Shown here one piece after another: positions 33,821-33,830 of a DNA stretch of 33,830 nt. The stretch is taken from the IMG/VR virus record IMGVR_UViG_3300022074_000187. One strand, written 5' to 3'. A program made the position numbers and the translations under genes. The DNA is from a virus. Below the pieces are notes generated by a model, which made no database searches, was not told where the DNA came from, and saw nothing but the letters and a program-made list of their open reading frames with translations. Position 1 is the first letter of the stretch. Every line of letters begins with the position of its first letter.

Positions 33821-33830
33821 CTATACCTCC
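33704..33830. repeat. 127-bp terminal direct repeat, right copy (identical to 1..127)
   Basis: Exact match to bases 1-127. Confidence 0.95.

Overview
The window appears to be one complete, AT-rich tailed-phage (podovirus-type) genome. Its first 127 bases are repeated exactly as its last 127 bases, so the unique length is 33,703 bp and the map closes into a circle or is terminally redundant. I saw no tRNA, rRNA, CRISPR array, integrase, reverse transcriptase, DNA polymerase, primase/helicase or RNA polymerase.

Layout: two divergent transcription blocks leave a roughly 1.1-kb control region (about 6000-7145).

- Minus-strand block (about 6036 down to 127, wrapping through the repeat to 33118). 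It carries small early genes, an ArdC-like ssDNA-binding/zincin protein, several HTH proteins, a DUF1064-like nuclease and a replication-associated ORF pair. It also has a YqaJ-exonuclease / Erf / SSB recombination module, an XRE regulator, a zinc-ribbon protein and a GH24 endolysin.
- Plus-strand block (7146-32924). It encodes TerS, four translationally coupled polybasic miniproteins and TerL. A T7-ordered virion module follows: gp8-like portal, scaffold, gp10-like capsid, gp11/gp12-like tail tubular proteins A/B, gp14/15/16-like internal proteins and a gp17-like fibre. Distal fibre genes with LamG-like and SPRY-like domains and a membrane/holin cluster come last.

The most unusual observations are:
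1. A GC-rich nested inverted-repeat element that folds as a three-way junction (6792-6893). It has terminator-like hairpins on both sides and sits just upstream of an orphan, self-terminated gene (6224-6748).
2. A cupredoxin-like domain with a complete His/Cys/His/Met ligand pattern inside the tail fibre.
3. A 10/12/10-residue repeat array in the same fibre, conserved at protein level through synonymous codon changes.
4. The polybasic miniprotein cassette between TerS and TerL.
5. A TGCA-N4-TGCA operator-like motif at three early promoters.

The overall gene content resembles marine HTVC010P-type pelagiphages. That is memory-based inference and needs a database search.
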